Positions 34,385-55,649 of a DNA stretch of 64,000 nt are shown here, one piece after another. The DNA is from the human T2T-CHM13v2.0 reference genome, Homo sapiens, in the NCBI RefSeq assembly GCF_009914755.1, contig NC_060931.1. One strand, written 5' to 3'. Numbering within the stretch: the first letter of the stretch is position 1; every line of letters starts with the position of its first letter. The position numbers were made by a program, and so were the translations under genes. The notes beneath the pieces are model-generated. The model saw only the letters and a list, made by a program, of their open reading frames with translations, was not told the origin of the DNA and made no database searches.

Positions 34385-34624
34385 AGAACAAGGACCCAGA
34401 ATGGCCAAAACAATCTTGAAAAAGAATGTAAGAAAATTGACATTTCCTGATTTCAAAACTTACTACAAAGCCATGGTAATTACTACAGTGTGGTACTGGC
34501 ACAAGGACAGTCATAGAAATCAACGGAATAAATTGAGATTCTAGAAATAAACCCACAATTCTTCTGTCAACTGATTTTCCACAAAAGTACCAAGACCATT
34601 CAATGGCGAAAAAAGAGTCTTTTC
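34385..34624 (+). mobile_element. L1 ORF2 fragment
   Basis: cctgatttcaaaacttactacaaagc...acagtgtggtactggcaca...ccaagaccattcaatgg. Confidence 0.85.
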
Positions 34625-34869
34625 AGCCGGGCGCAGTGGCTCGCGCCTGTAATCTCAGCACTTTGGGAGACCGAGGCGGGCAGATCATGAGGTCAGGAGA
34701 TCAACACCATCCTGGCAAACATGGTGAAACCCCATCTCTACTAAAAATACAAAAAAATTAGCCGGGCGTGGTGGTGGGCGCCTGTAGTCCCAGCTACTCG
34801 GGAGGCGACCACCTCAGACTCCCAAAGTGCTGGGATTACAGGCATGAGACACCACGCCCACCCCCAGGC

Positions 34870-35590
34870 TTTTGTTTTAAGGCTGAGTGTGTTAGGCCTC
34901 ATGGGCAGCCTCTCTGACTTTCTCCTGCCCTCCTTTTACCTGCCCCAAGGCAGGACTCTACTCTGGATTGGTCTTAAACCCTCCCCAGCGAGGGTCCAGC
35001 TCTATACTCTGAGGGACGAATGCTGATGTCAGGAAGCCTCCATAAAAACCCAAGAGAACTGGGCCCGGGAAGCTTTCAGATAGCTGCACAGTGGAGGTTC
35101 CTGGAGGGTGTACGCCCAGGGAGGGCATGGAAGTTCTGCACCTTCCCCCATTCCTCGCCCCCAGCATCTCCTTCACCTGGATCCTTTGCAATATCTGTTG
35201 TAATAAACCGGTAAACATAAGCATCTCCCTCAGTTCTGTAAACCACCTCAGCAAATTATTGAACCTAAAAAGGCAGCCATGGGAACCCCAACTTGAAGCT
35301 GGTCAGTTAGAAGTCCTAAAGGCCCGGAGTTGCAACTGATGGGGGTTAGGAGGGGCAGTCATGGTGACTGAGTCCTCACCCTGTGCGATCTGACCCTATC
35401 TCCTGGTAAATAGTGCAGGAACTGAACTAAAAGACACCCAGTGCAGAAAGTGAACTAGAAGACACCCAGCTGGTGTGTTGTGTAGGGGAAGAATCCCCAC
35501 ACATATGGTCATGGAAGTCTTCTGTGTTGATGACTGCTGTGGCATGAGCAGAGGAAAAATACAGTTTGAGGAGTTTTTTCCCTGCACAAA
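34870..35590 (+). mobile_element. MER21-family LTR, 5' part missing
   Basis: Characteristic gaagcctccataaaaaccca...ggaggttcctggagggtg...cccagggagggcatggaag...taataaaccggtaa. Confidence 0.7.
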
Positions 35591-35870
35591 TGGGCATATC
35601 ATAGGTTCTCAAATCTTTGTTGCAAGAACAATAACTGAATGAATAAGGTTATTGTAAAGACTATAGAATAACATGGCTAAAAAGCAATGATACTTAACTG
35701 CTTAATAAATACAAAAATCCCTTCCCCGGGGCCAGGTGCAATGGTTCACGCCTATAATCCCAGCACTTTGGGAGGCGAAGGTGGGAGGATGGCTTGAAAC
35801 CAAGCGTTCAAGACCAGCCTGGGCAACATAGCAAGACCCTGTCTCTATTATTTAAAAATGTTCAAAAATC

Positions 35871-35924
35871 TCTTCCCCTCATGAGTGATTAGCCATTTCT
35901 TCCCCTCATGAGTGATTAGCCATT
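35871..35924 (+). repeat. Perfect 27-bp tandem duplication
   Basis: TCTTCCCCTCATGAGTGATTAGCCATT occurs twice in a row. Confidence 0.95.
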
Positions 35925-36546
35925 ACGTTAAAATTATACATGCTGGATGGGCACGGTGACTCACGCCTCTAATCCCAGAACTTTGGGAGGCCAAGGTGGG
36001 CAGATCACAAGGTCAGGAGTTTGAGACCAGCCTGGCCAACACAGTGAAACTCCGTCTCTATTAAAAATACAAAAATTAGCCGGGCATGGTGGTATGCGCC
36101 TGTAGTCCCAATTACTCAGGAGGCTGAGGCAGGAGAATCACTTGAAACCAGAAGGCAGAGGTTGTGGTGAGCTTAGGTGGTGCCACTGCACTCCAGCCTG
36201 GGCAACAGAGCAAGACACTATCTCAAAAAAAAAAAAAAAAAATTATACACGCTATCCAACTTTACAAGGGAAAATAAACATCATCTATGGGATGGTTAAA
36301 TAAACTGGGGCATGATCACACGAGAGAATACCTAACACCAAAAAGAACAAACTATTAACACATGTAAAGACCTGGATGCTCAAGAGCAAAATGTTGAGTT
36401 TTTTAAAAAGTGCATCTTAAAAGGTCACATACTCTAGGATTTCTACAACCTTTCCAAATGACAAAACTACAGATATGGAGGACAAATTAGTGCTTTTTCC
36501 AGGTTAAGAGTGGCGAAGGCAAGGGAGAGGAGGGGAAGGAAAATGG

Positions 36547-37540
36547 TGTAAGCAGTTAACCCAGCAGGCCTGAGTTGCTCAAATGATGCACATTCTCAGA
36601 CAGGCCTGCTTGGTCAGCTGGGTTAGACTGGCCCTTGGTCAGCTCCTAGAAACTAAGGTCTTGTACTAGCCCTATGCCCTAAATGATAAGGGTGTTTTTG
36701 TATGGTTACGGTACTGAACCACACTGTCCAGCTTGTCTAGATATTTTGTGCAAACTGTATGATTTATGGTAAACACCTGATTTCCTTCTGGAGTTGCTCT
36801 AAAAGTGATAACCACAAAGGGACTATATGCCTATGTGATATGGTTTGGAACTGTGTCCCCACCCAAATGTCATGCTGAATTGTAATCCCCAATGTTGGAA
36901 GTGGGGCCTGTGAAAGGTGATCTGATCATGGGGCAGTTACTCATGAATGGTTTCGCACCATCCCCTGTGGTTCTGTGCTTGTGAGATCCGGTTGTTTAAA
37001 CATGTGTAGCACCTTCTCTCTTGCACCTGCTCCCACCAGGGGAGACACTTTGCTCCCCCTTTGCTTTCCACTATGATTGGAAGCTTCCTGAGGCCTCCCT
37101 AGAAGCAGAAGCTGCAATGCTTCCTGTACAGCCTGTAGAACTGTGAGCTAATTAAATCTCCTTTCTTTATAAATTACTCAGTCTCGGGTATTTCTTTATA
37201 GCTATGTGAGAATGAACTAATATACTATGTGACCAGTCTCCAATAAAAACCCTGGATTCTGAGGCATACATGAGCTTTCACAATAAAAAACACTTCACAC
37301 ATGTTGTAGAGTTTAAGGCTGGGGAAGTAAGCACATCCTGGGTAACTCTGCTGGGAGAAGACTCTTCAAATCTTAACAATGCTGGTGTCCTGTAGAATCT
37401 GCTGAATGCACAACTACCTTTTATTAATCCTGCTTTGCATCCCCCCTCACTGTAACAAACCACAGCAAGGAATAAATATGTCCTGTGAGAGCCTCAAGTG
37501 AATTACAAAAACTGGGGGCAGCCCTGGGGACTGCTGACAC
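36547..37540 (+). mobile_element. ERVL-type LTR (MER68/MER77-like) hosting an MST insertion
   Basis: TG...CA termini (tgtaagcagttaaccc...gctgacaca); sits between two L1 3' pieces. Family assignment is from recall. Confidence 0.55.
36836..37224 (+). mobile_element. MST (MaLR) solo LTR
   Basis: TGATATGGTTTGG...GAACTAATATA with a perfect 5-bp TSD CTATG (36831-36835, 37225-37229). Confidence 0.88.
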
Positions 37541-37836
37541 AGGATGTGACTAAAAGGGCATGAGGGAAGTCTTTAGGGTAATGGAATAGTTCTGTATTTT
37601 GACTATGGCGGTGGCTACAGGAATCTACATATGAGATAAAATGTGCATGACACTATACACACACATTGCACAAATATCAATTTCCTGGTTTCACATTATA
37701 TTATAGTTATGTAAGATGTAACCATTAAGCAAACTAGAAGAATACACAGGACTTCTCTGTACTATATTTATAGCTTCCTATGGATTTGAAGTTATTGATT
37801 ATTCCAAATTTTAAAGTTTTGTTAAAAATCACACGA

Positions 37837-38148
<312 letters not shown>

Positions 38149-40209
38149 TTAATAAAAATAAACACCTATCATGGGACTAATGTGTATCAGTTAAACACAC
38201 GACTCAGATCATTCTGCTGCTTCTAAGTATAAAAAGAGAGCAAGGGTACCACCAAAAGAGAGTGCCATCATTTGAAAGGCTATGTGGTGGTGGTGACAGC
38301 TGTAATGGTAGAGAAGGTAGGACAGTCGGCACACCCAGATCGGACATCACAGCTACAGACAGCATATCCTGTAAACACAGGAAGAAACAGGGGGATCGAC
38401 TGCATGAGACTCAACTCTTTCCTGGGCAGACAGACCTGTCCCTAGACAGGTAACCACCACCAGCACTGCTTCCAGGAGGGAGCTCCGAGGGGCCGCACAT
38501 TGCTCCTGTTGGAGCACTGCACTCCAATAAATAGGAGCTTGATTGAACAACCTGGACATAAAGAATGCACAATTCAATTGGTCCCACCTATGTCAGGGAA
38601 GACAGAGTAAAAATGATCTCTGCTGCTGGGACAGTTAGGATTCTACAAATTATGCCCCAGGGCTGGGATTTATTCTGGGTCCATGTACTCTAAAAAGGAC
38701 AGACAGGTACAAAGCATACTTACAAAGCTCACAGAACTATTAGTGTTCTTTCTTAAGGCTCTGGATGCAAACCAGTTTCATCTCAGAAAAGCAAAACGAA
38801 AACACTTTGCAGATGTGAGTATTTTCCCTCTATCCTTGAGCGGGCCCTGCTTCCTATTCCTGGGTTCAATGTCATGCCCTCACAGGTCACTCCTATCTCC
38901 AGGCAACTCATCTGGGACTTACAGGAAACACCCAATCAATTCTAGTAAAACGATAAGCTATCCATTGACCTCAGTTAAGGAATAAAACTTATGGGTGATT
39001 TTTTTCCCTTAAATTTTTTTTTCCAGTTAGAAAAGTAAAGAATACTCATTATTTACAAAACCTGATAATATATAGACAAGTAGAAAAAAAATGTGTTAAT
39101 CATCATCCAGAGACAGTTACTATATGTAGTACATATTCCTATAGTGTTCCCTCTGCACTCATTCACCAAATATTTATACACTGATTGATTACTGTACGAC
39201 AGCCACTTGGGACACAGGCACTTGGGACAGGCACTTGGGATACAAATGTAATTAAAAATAAATCGAACAGTTTGCTAGAAACAGAAACGGAATGCCAAAG
39301 GGTATGTGCATTTAAAATTTTGACATATACCAAACTGGTCTGACAAAATATACTATTTACATTCCCACCTACAGTGTATGAGAATCTGGTTTCCCATAAC
39401 CTCATAAGCATAACATTATTGAACTTTAATTTGTCAATCTGACAGGCAAACAAAAAAAACCATTTAACGTGCATTTCCCTAAGGTTAGCCATCTTTGCAG
39501 ATATTTATTGTCATTAATATATTTTCTTTGAAGAAATTAACTGATTTTGCTCATTTTTCTATGTCATTACTATTTTCTTTCGATTTATAGGTACTCTTCT
39601 CATATATCTTTCAGTCCTCAACTTCATGGTATGAAGACGCCATCATTCTAATAAAAGACTTATTAGCATCTGCAATCTGTAATCCAAGTTTCACCAACTT
39701 TCATATGATTAAGTATAATGCTTCCAAAATCAATGTGAATGTCAATGTCAGAGTTTTAATGTTAAATATAACAAAACATTATTTGTCCAAACATTAGCCT
39801 TGGAAAATAATTCCAAATGATAATCAACTCCCTAGAATACAATGTAGAGTTGATTGCTGCTGGAATGAGCAGAGCAAGCAGGGGAGCATTCTCAAGGAAT
39901 GAGTTCTAGACAACAATCTTCTATTGCACTAGATCACACCCTCCTTGGTTAAGCAAAATTGTAACTCTAATCTGAGCATGCCCTTCTCCAGACTAACAGC
40001 TCAAAATTACATACAAGATAATCTGGCTACTGCAGCCTACTTTGTACCATTCTCTATGCCCTCGCCCAGGGAAGTAGCACATATGGTCAATTTATTCACT
40101 AAGTCACTAACCAAAAATTATTTATCTTAACTCCACCTAAAGTAACAGCAACCTGCAATACATGAGATGGTCTCTGTTAAAGGCATTTCTTTTCTTAAGT
40201 TTCTTTTCT

Positions 40210-45000
<4,791 letters not shown>

Positions 45001-45907
45001 AAAGCAGTTTCAGGTTTAGAGGGAGGAAAGTAGCTCTCCGAGCCAAAAACCAACTCCCAAGGTGCTCCGGTAAACTCGTCCTGGAAAAATCTCCTATTTA
45101 ATCTCAAAGGCAAAACGAGTCCACGGGCGCCCACGACACATTTCCCAACCGCAAGGATTGGTCACCCGCGCTGAGACACCGCCAGCTGCCTATGACCTAG
45201 CCTCCAAAGCGGCAGAGTCCCCCCTTCTCTCTCCCTCAACTGCCGTGATGGGCACCCCTCGGCTCTCCTCCCAGACGGTTCGGAAGCAGGGACTTCTGCT
45301 CCTAACCCCAGCCCCGCAGCCTCGCCCTCAGCCACGGGGTGGAAATCAGGACCACAGGCTTCAAATCCCCTCCCCACTCCGGGACGCTTCTGTCCCCCCA
45401 GGGCAACGCGGGATCAAGTCCCGGCGCCCCTGCCGCGGCCGGGGTCTGTGGTTTGGGTCCGAGAGTCCCATCCCGGAGCGTTCCGGGGATGTTCTGTGAG
45501 AGGCCCCGCCCGACCACAAATGTTGCTTCGGAACCAGCGTCCTGGACGGGGAAGTGGGAGCCGGGCCGAGGGAAGCCGCCGCAGAGGGAGGCGGCCAAGA
45601 AATGCTCCGCCTCACGCCTTCGGGGCTTGGCCGGCCGCTGCAGACGCCGGCAACCAGCGCCTGAGACAGAGAAGCCGCGCACTGGGAGGATTAAGGGAGC
45701 CGAGGGCGGCCTGGAACGGGGCAGGCGGGGCTGACGAGGCTGGAATGTGGGACGAAGGACAGCGGGAGGCACCGACGCGCAACCGCCCCCGCCGCGCGGA
45801 CGGCACAGACCAACCGCTCCCCCCAACCCCGGCCCGAGACACCTCGCCGCCCCGCTCCCGGAGCTGAGAGCCGCGCTGCTCTTGGCCCTAGTCCTTCCGC
45901 TCCGTAC

Positions 45908-47000
<1,093 letters not shown>

Positions 47001-47343
47001 GTAATCATAATTACTTAAAAAATAAATAACATGGTGATATAGAATAACCAGGCAGGAGTGAGGGTTAGGGAGGCTAGGGAGATCGTGATAAGATGATGGC
47101 TCCAAGTTGAGAGCATGAGGGACTGTGAGGGTGAAGCCACGTGAGAAGAAAGAGGAGAAGGAAGATGCCAGCTGTCCTGGAGTTTAGGCAGGACTTAAGT
47201 GACTTTCAGACTGATCACTTATCCAAATATGAAAACTCTCAGGACTCAGAAAATGATACGACTGAGCAACAGTGCAGCACCAGGGCAGATGTTTTGGCTT
47301 CTTCTTGTGTAGCTCATCTCATATCTCCAGTTAGAAACTTTCC

Positions 47344-47638
<295 letters not shown>

Positions 47639-47665
47639 AAGTTTCCTTGTATTTAATGTAGAATC

Positions 47666-48187
47666 TGATGGGAACAGGCCCCCCAAAATCTGGCCATAAA
47701 CTGGCCCCAAAACTGGCCATAAACAAAATCTCTGCAGCACTGTGACATGTTCATGATGGCCATAACGCCCTTGCTGGAAGATTGTGGGTTTACCGGAATG
47801 AGGGCAAGGAACACCTGGCCCACCCAGGGCGGAAAACCAGAAAAACGCTTATAGGCATTCTTAAGCCACAAACAATAGCATGAGCGCTCTGTGCCTTAAG
47901 GACATGCTCCTGCTGCAGTTAACTAGCCCAACCTATTCCTTTAATTCGGCCCATCCCTTCGTTTCCCATAAGGGATACTTTTGGTTAATTTAATATCTTA
48001 TAGAAACAATGCTAATGACTGGCTTGCTGTTAATAAATACGTGGGTAAATCTCTGTTCAGGGTTCTCAGTTCTGAAGGCTGTGAGACCCCTGATTTCCCC
48101 CTTCACACCTCTATATTTCTGTGTGTGTATCTTTAATTCCTCTACCGCCGCTGGGTTAGGGTCTCCCTGACCGAACTGGTCTCGGCA
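47666..48187 (+). mobile_element. Solo MER9 LTR (HERV-K9/HML-3)
   Basis: TGATGGGAACAGGCCCCCCAAAATCTGGCCATAAACTGG...GGTCTCGGCA, TG...CA termini, flanks GAATC/GAATT. Confidence 0.9.
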
Positions 48188-49989
48188 GAATTCCTCTTGC
48201 TGGGATATAAACCTGTATCCTCTTGTTCTGTCCCCAGAGAAGAGATGTCACAAGTCTGTTCATGTATTGGAATACTATTATTTATCTTTTCGGCAGACTT
48301 ATTTTCTGCAAGTTGTTTTGGCTTTTCTTCTATAACTGCATCTGGGTAACCTGGCAGTGCAGAGCCAGGCCCTGGGCTTCAAGACAGGGACACACCAAGT
48401 CTCAGCACACAGACATGTCCCCACTCTGCTACCCAGCAGCCTAGGGAGTCAGCTGGACTAGTTAGTCGGCTTTGTGAAACTCTTCATCTGGGAAACAATG
48501 TTAGATTCTGGTTAAATTTAGCTCTGAATATGATCTTATCTATTTAATAATTTTTAAGTTTTTCTAAAAATCAAGTCCTCTGTACTTCTCTTAAGCTTTG
48601 GAGCCTAAATTAGAAATAGTCCTGAAATCAAAGTCTGATTTCTCCCTCTTATTTTTCTTTACATTCTGTTTCAGCTAATGATGCTTGTTCATTTATTGAA
48701 CAGTTAAATAGCAGCTTGGACTCAAGTTCACTATAAAGTTCACAATTACTCCTTGGCCATTTCCAGCCAACAGTGGCTGCCATATTCCAGCCATGCCTTT
48801 CCTCATTTTGGTCACCCACTGACATCTAAGTTGTTCACTAAATCCAACAGTGTGTGGGCACTTGGCAGATAGTGGGTCTCCATGCTGGACATCCATGACA
48901 ACGGCCCATTTGATTTTTTTGTTTGTTTTGTTTTGAGACAAAGTCTCACTCTGTTGCCCAGGCTAGAGTGCAGTGGCACGATCTCGGCTCACTGCAACCT
49001 CCACCCCCAGGTTCAAGCGATTCTCCTGCCTCAGTCTCCAAGGAGCTGGGATTACAGGTACACACCATCATGCCCGGCTAACAATGGCCCATTTGATATT
49101 CTCACCTTCTGGCTTCTAACTGCCACCTCCCCTCATAGAGTTAGGTAGAGTAGATCCCATCCAAAATCTAGTCTTATGGAATCCCCATCTGATGACCATC
49201 ATCTTACTTTCTCAACACCCTTGTGTCATAAGCTTGCTTTCAGACCCTATCAGGCTTTGGACCTGTACACCTTTCCCAGTTGCAGAGTCCAGAAACTGGC
49301 CCCTGTCTTATTTCTTCTTTACTTCATCCAGGTCCCATCATTCCAACCACATTCCCGCAGGTTAGCCCCATCCTTTGATGCTCACTGCTTGAGCACTGCC
49401 TCTACTCGTCATCTTGCCAGGACCCCCCAGCTATCTGGCTTTCTCGCTCTCTCATGTTGATCGCTGGGCCTTGTGAGACAAATGAAAAGCTGATCTGATC
49501 TGAGTTACTACAACTCATCAGAGCTGGTTTTCTCGCTTCATCCAGGTCCTCAGTGCTGCTTGGAAATTATTGTTTGTCCTCATGCAATTTCGTCTCTGTT
49601 TCTCCCACAATGGCTATCCCAAAATGTCGCCACTTTGTTCCAGCCCCTTTCTTGACCTATTTCTTTATAGTTATCTTTATTTGCTGATCCCTCACTTCTC
49701 TAATTAAAGGTATAAATTATTCAAATTACTCTGTGATTTCTATCTCCTAATACAAATGACCCTAAATACAAGACAGGCCAGATGACCCAAGGAGACAATG
49801 ATGGTGTAGACTTTTTTTTTGAGACTGGGTCTCACTCTGTTTCCCAGGCTGGTGTGCAGTGGCCTGATTACAACTCACTGCAACCTTGACCTCCTGGGCA
49901 CAGGCAATCCTTCCACCTCAGCCTCCTAAGTAGCTGGGACTACAGGCATGTACCACCACACCCAGCCAATTTTTTTTTTTTTTTTTTGA

Positions 49990-50148
<159 letters not shown>

Positions 50149-51720
50149 TAGTAGAGACAGGGTTTCTCCATGTTGGTCAGGCTGGTCTTGAACTCTCGAC
50201 CTCAGGTGATCCACCTGCCTCGGCCTCCCAAAGTGCTGGGATTACAGGCATGAGCCACTGTGCCCAGCCCAATTTTTTTTTTTAAATATTTCTTGAAGAG
50301 ACAGGATTTCACCATGTTGTTCAGGCTGGTCTGGAACTCCTGTGCTCAAGCAATCTGCCCACCTCAGCCTTCCAAAGTGCTAGGATTACAGGTGTGAGCC
50401 CCTGCACCCAGCCCAATGTGTAAGCTGGTCTTACATGTCAGATACAAGGTTCCAAGAATTCCATGTTATTTATTTTGAATGGGTGACACGTGAATGCACG
50501 TGGGATGCATTTGGGCAGAGCAGCAGCACCAGAGTTCATCTTCCTCTCTTGGGTGGGACATCAGGAATAGTCCCCGCTGGTGTCCACTTTGGGAAGCTCT
50601 GGGATTCAGCTGGCCTCTGCTGCACATGGGTACCTAACTGCAACTTGCAGTGGCTCTTCTCAGTCAGGCATAAGAGCTGGAATTTCTGTTAATCTCTCAA
50701 TATTTGCATATGTAATGAAGTGTCTGCTGAAGCCAAAATATTTGAAAAAGAATGCCCCCCACCCCTTATTGTGTGGGTCAAAATCTCAGGTTCACCTTGG
50801 CTGCTCCAGGCTGCTGTAGATAGGCATCCCTAAAGCGGTTCTTTCAAACGGTGCCTGTAGACCTTGAAACTGTTGATTATATTGCAACTGTCACACCTAC
50901 AAGGATTGCTGGCCTCAGCCAACCCCTCATCATGGAGCTGCAGAAACAAGGGAGAGGCTGCCCCTGCTTATGGCCCTCTGTATAGCCTTACTGAGGGGTT
51001 CAAGTGTGTCTTGGGTAAGGCAGGATAGGAGAAAAGATATACAGGGTTTTCAGCTATTGGAATGCTGGATCCTTGGCCAGGGATCTGGTAAACCCATATC
51101 CTAAAAAGACAGAATGATTAGGTAAAAAACAGGGTCACAAATGGCCAGTACTGCTTATAAACCCCAGAAATCCTGGGACACTGTGAGAGCCTTCCACTCT
51201 GGAAACATCACTTGATATTGGTTGGACTGTCTGGAAATTCTACCTTTGGATCTCAGTCCACAAATCCAGGTTGTCCCAGGGGTATTGTTGCCATAAAACG
51301 GTCAGAATTGCCATGCAAACAGAGAATATGTTGACAGGTGTTCAAAATCAAGTCGTAAACCCTATCTCAGTGGAATCCTCTAGCCCATGGAAGTGGTGGA
51401 ATATTCCTGCAGGTAACTGGACAGGGGATTTCTTCTCATTATTCTGCCTCTCTGGACCAATGGGAGTTTCCAAATATAGCTGCCTTTGAAGAATAAAATT
51501 AGATAATTGGGTGGAATATCCCCTGAATATGTCTGGAAGCAATTACATTCTGCCTTGACTCCTGGGAGTGGTGAGTGAATAATACCACCCTCATTTCAAC
51601 TAATAGCGATGTGGTCAGCTCATTAGTGAAGTTCATATTTTTGTTAGGAAACTCGTGGTGAACTCAGTTTCCAGGTAACATATTTATTTATTTATTTATT
51701 TATTTTACTTTTTATTTTAG

Positions 51721-51999
<279 letters not shown>

Positions 52000-52478
52000 T
52001 AGCTGAGATTGCAGGTGCCCGCCACCACGCCCGGCTAATTTTTTTGTATTTTTAGTAGAGATGGGGTTTCACCATCTTGTCCAGGTTGATATTGAACTCC
52101 TGACCTCATGATCCACCTGCCTTGGCCTCCCAAAGTCCTGGGATTACAGGCGTGAGCCACCGCGCCTGGCCTGAATTTTGTTTTTTTTTAGACACAGGAT
52201 CTTGCTGTGTCACCCAGGCTGGTCCTGGACTCTTGGCCTCAGGCAATCCTCTTGACTCTGCCTCTCAAAGTGCTATAGGATTACAGGTGTGAACCACCAT
52301 GCCTGGCCAGGCAAAAATAATTAAATTCTTCCTTTCTGGTGCAGAAGGTGAAGCTAGTGTGTCTGCTCAGTGGGATCCTGCAGGCATCCTCTGCAGCTGT
52401 TGTGGAGGTAGATACAGAGCTTCCAGGATGTGTATCCACCTTACCTTAACTTAGGTGGATATAGAGCCTGCAGGATCC

Positions 52479-52479
<1 letters not shown>

Positions 52480-52512
<33 letters not shown>
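52480..52512 (+). repeat. (CTG)11 trinucleotide repeat
   Basis: Eleven uninterrupted CTG units counted directly. Confidence 0.95.
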
Positions 52513-52660
52513 AGGAGACTGAAAATGCTCTCCAGTTCCTAGCAGGCCACATGTAAAAGCTGACTTGGAAAGCAAGGGACATCAGTGCTGGGAGCACCTA
52601 CCTGCCTGAGAATAAGAAGCAGACAGTCCTGGGTATGGCATCACTGTCATGGTTGGCTAA

Positions 52661-52879
<219 letters not shown>

Positions 52880-53608
52880 TAGTACAGACGCGGTTTCACC
52901 ATATTAGCCAGGATGGTCTCGATCTCTTGACCTCCTGCTCCGCCCACCTCGGCCTCCCAAAGTGCTGGGACTACAGGCGTGAGCCACTGCACCCAGCCAT
53001 GGCCAACCAGCTTTTAAATGCCAAAGACAGGACAGTTACAAACAGAGGGGAGAGGTGGAGAGGACATGGTGAGAGGGACAGTAAACACCTGCAACGTGTG
53101 CACACACGGGTGGGTCCTTGGGGCAGAGTCAGCTGAGGTACAGTTGGTGATGAAGATGCTATGTTGAGAAACTGGATACCCAAGGCATTTATAAAAGTTC
53201 ATACACATTGTAGGGACTTAAGCCTACTCATGATACCACCCTGACCTCTTTACAAAAATACTGAAGATATAAAGATTTCTTCAACTGGACTCTGAACCTG
53301 TAAATTTCTTTTAATGGGGGTCAAGCTCCAAGTTTTGTGTTGCTATGTGATTCTATTTCTTGATTTTAATAATGACTGAGAAAAGTATGGATATCTCCAT
53401 TCCAAAAATCTACTGGGGCTGGGCCATCTTCCAGGATCATATGATACGGGGAAGAAATGAGGGTCTGTATTACATTAAGATAATCCTGGCCAGGCGCGGT
53501 GGCTTATGCCCGTAATCCCAGCACTTTGGGAGGCTGAGGCGAGTGGATCACCTGAGGTTGGGATTTTGAGACCAGCCTGACCAACATGGAGAAACCCCTT
53601 CTCTACTA

Positions 53609-53767
<159 letters not shown>

Positions 53768-53897
53768 TCAAAAAAAAAAAAAAAAAAAAAAAAGATGGCA
53801 AAGGCCAGGCCTGGTGGCTCATGCCTGTAATGAGCCAGCACTTTGGGAGGCCGAGGCAGGCAGATCACAACATCATGAGATCGAGACCATCAGGCTA

Positions 53898-54128
<231 letters not shown>

Positions 54129-54271
54129 TCAGCACTTTGGAGGCCGAGGCGGGCGGAACATGAGGTCAGGAGTTCAAGACCAGCCTGACCAACATGGTGA
54201 AACTCCATCTCTACTAAAAATACAAAAATTAGCCAGGCATGGTGGCGGGTGCCTGTAATCCCAGCTACTCA

Positions 54272-54373
<102 letters not shown>

Positions 54374-54407
54374 TCAAAAAAAAAAAAAAAAAGAAATAAA
54401 AGAAATA

Positions 54408-54748
54408 GGGATAGACATGCCTGAGCCTCGGTAATTTATATTAAAAAAAGAGGTTTAATGGACTCACTGTTCACCATGGCTGGGGAGGTCTCACAATCGT
54501 GACGGAAGGCAAAGGAAGACCAAAGGCACATCTTCCATGGTGGCAGGCAAGAAAGCATGTGCAGGGGAACTGCCCTTTTATAAAACCATCGGATCTTTTA
54601 GACTTATTCACTATCATGAGAACAGCCTGGGAAAAACCTGCTCCCATGATTCAATTACCTCCTACTGGGTCCCTGCCACAACACGTGGGGATTATGTGAG
54701 CTAAAATTCAAGATGAGATTTGGCTGGGGACACAGCCAAACCATATCA
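54408..54748 (-). mobile_element. THE1 (MaLR) LTR
   Basis: ggtaatttata...gaggtttaatggactca...cccatgattcaattacctcc...gacacagccaaaccatatca. Confidence 0.88.
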
Positions 54749-55132
54749 TTGGTTTTTCCCCAGGTTCCCCCACATAAGCCAGTGGATGCCGATGGATATT
54801 TGTGACAAAGGGCACCATTGAGGTCTAGACACTGAATACACTGAGGTCCCAGCTCCTGCTCTACCAGGATACCCTCTCCCACCTGCTAGGAGCTCCCCTC
54901 AACCATCTCCCTGTTCAGGAGGTACCCATATATTCAAGAGAGAGTTTTCATAACTTTCTTTCTTTCTTTTTTTTTTTTTTTTTTGAGACAGAGTCTTGCT
55001 CTGTCACCCTGGCTGGAGTGCACTGTCATGGTCTCTGCTCACTGCAACCTCCACCTCCAAGGTTCAAGCCATTCTCATGCCTTATCCTCCTCAGTAGCTG
55101 GGATTACAGTGCACGCCACCACACCCGGCTAA

Positions 55133-55442
<310 letters not shown>

Positions 55443-55445
55443 TAA

Positions 55446-55649
<204 letters not shown>

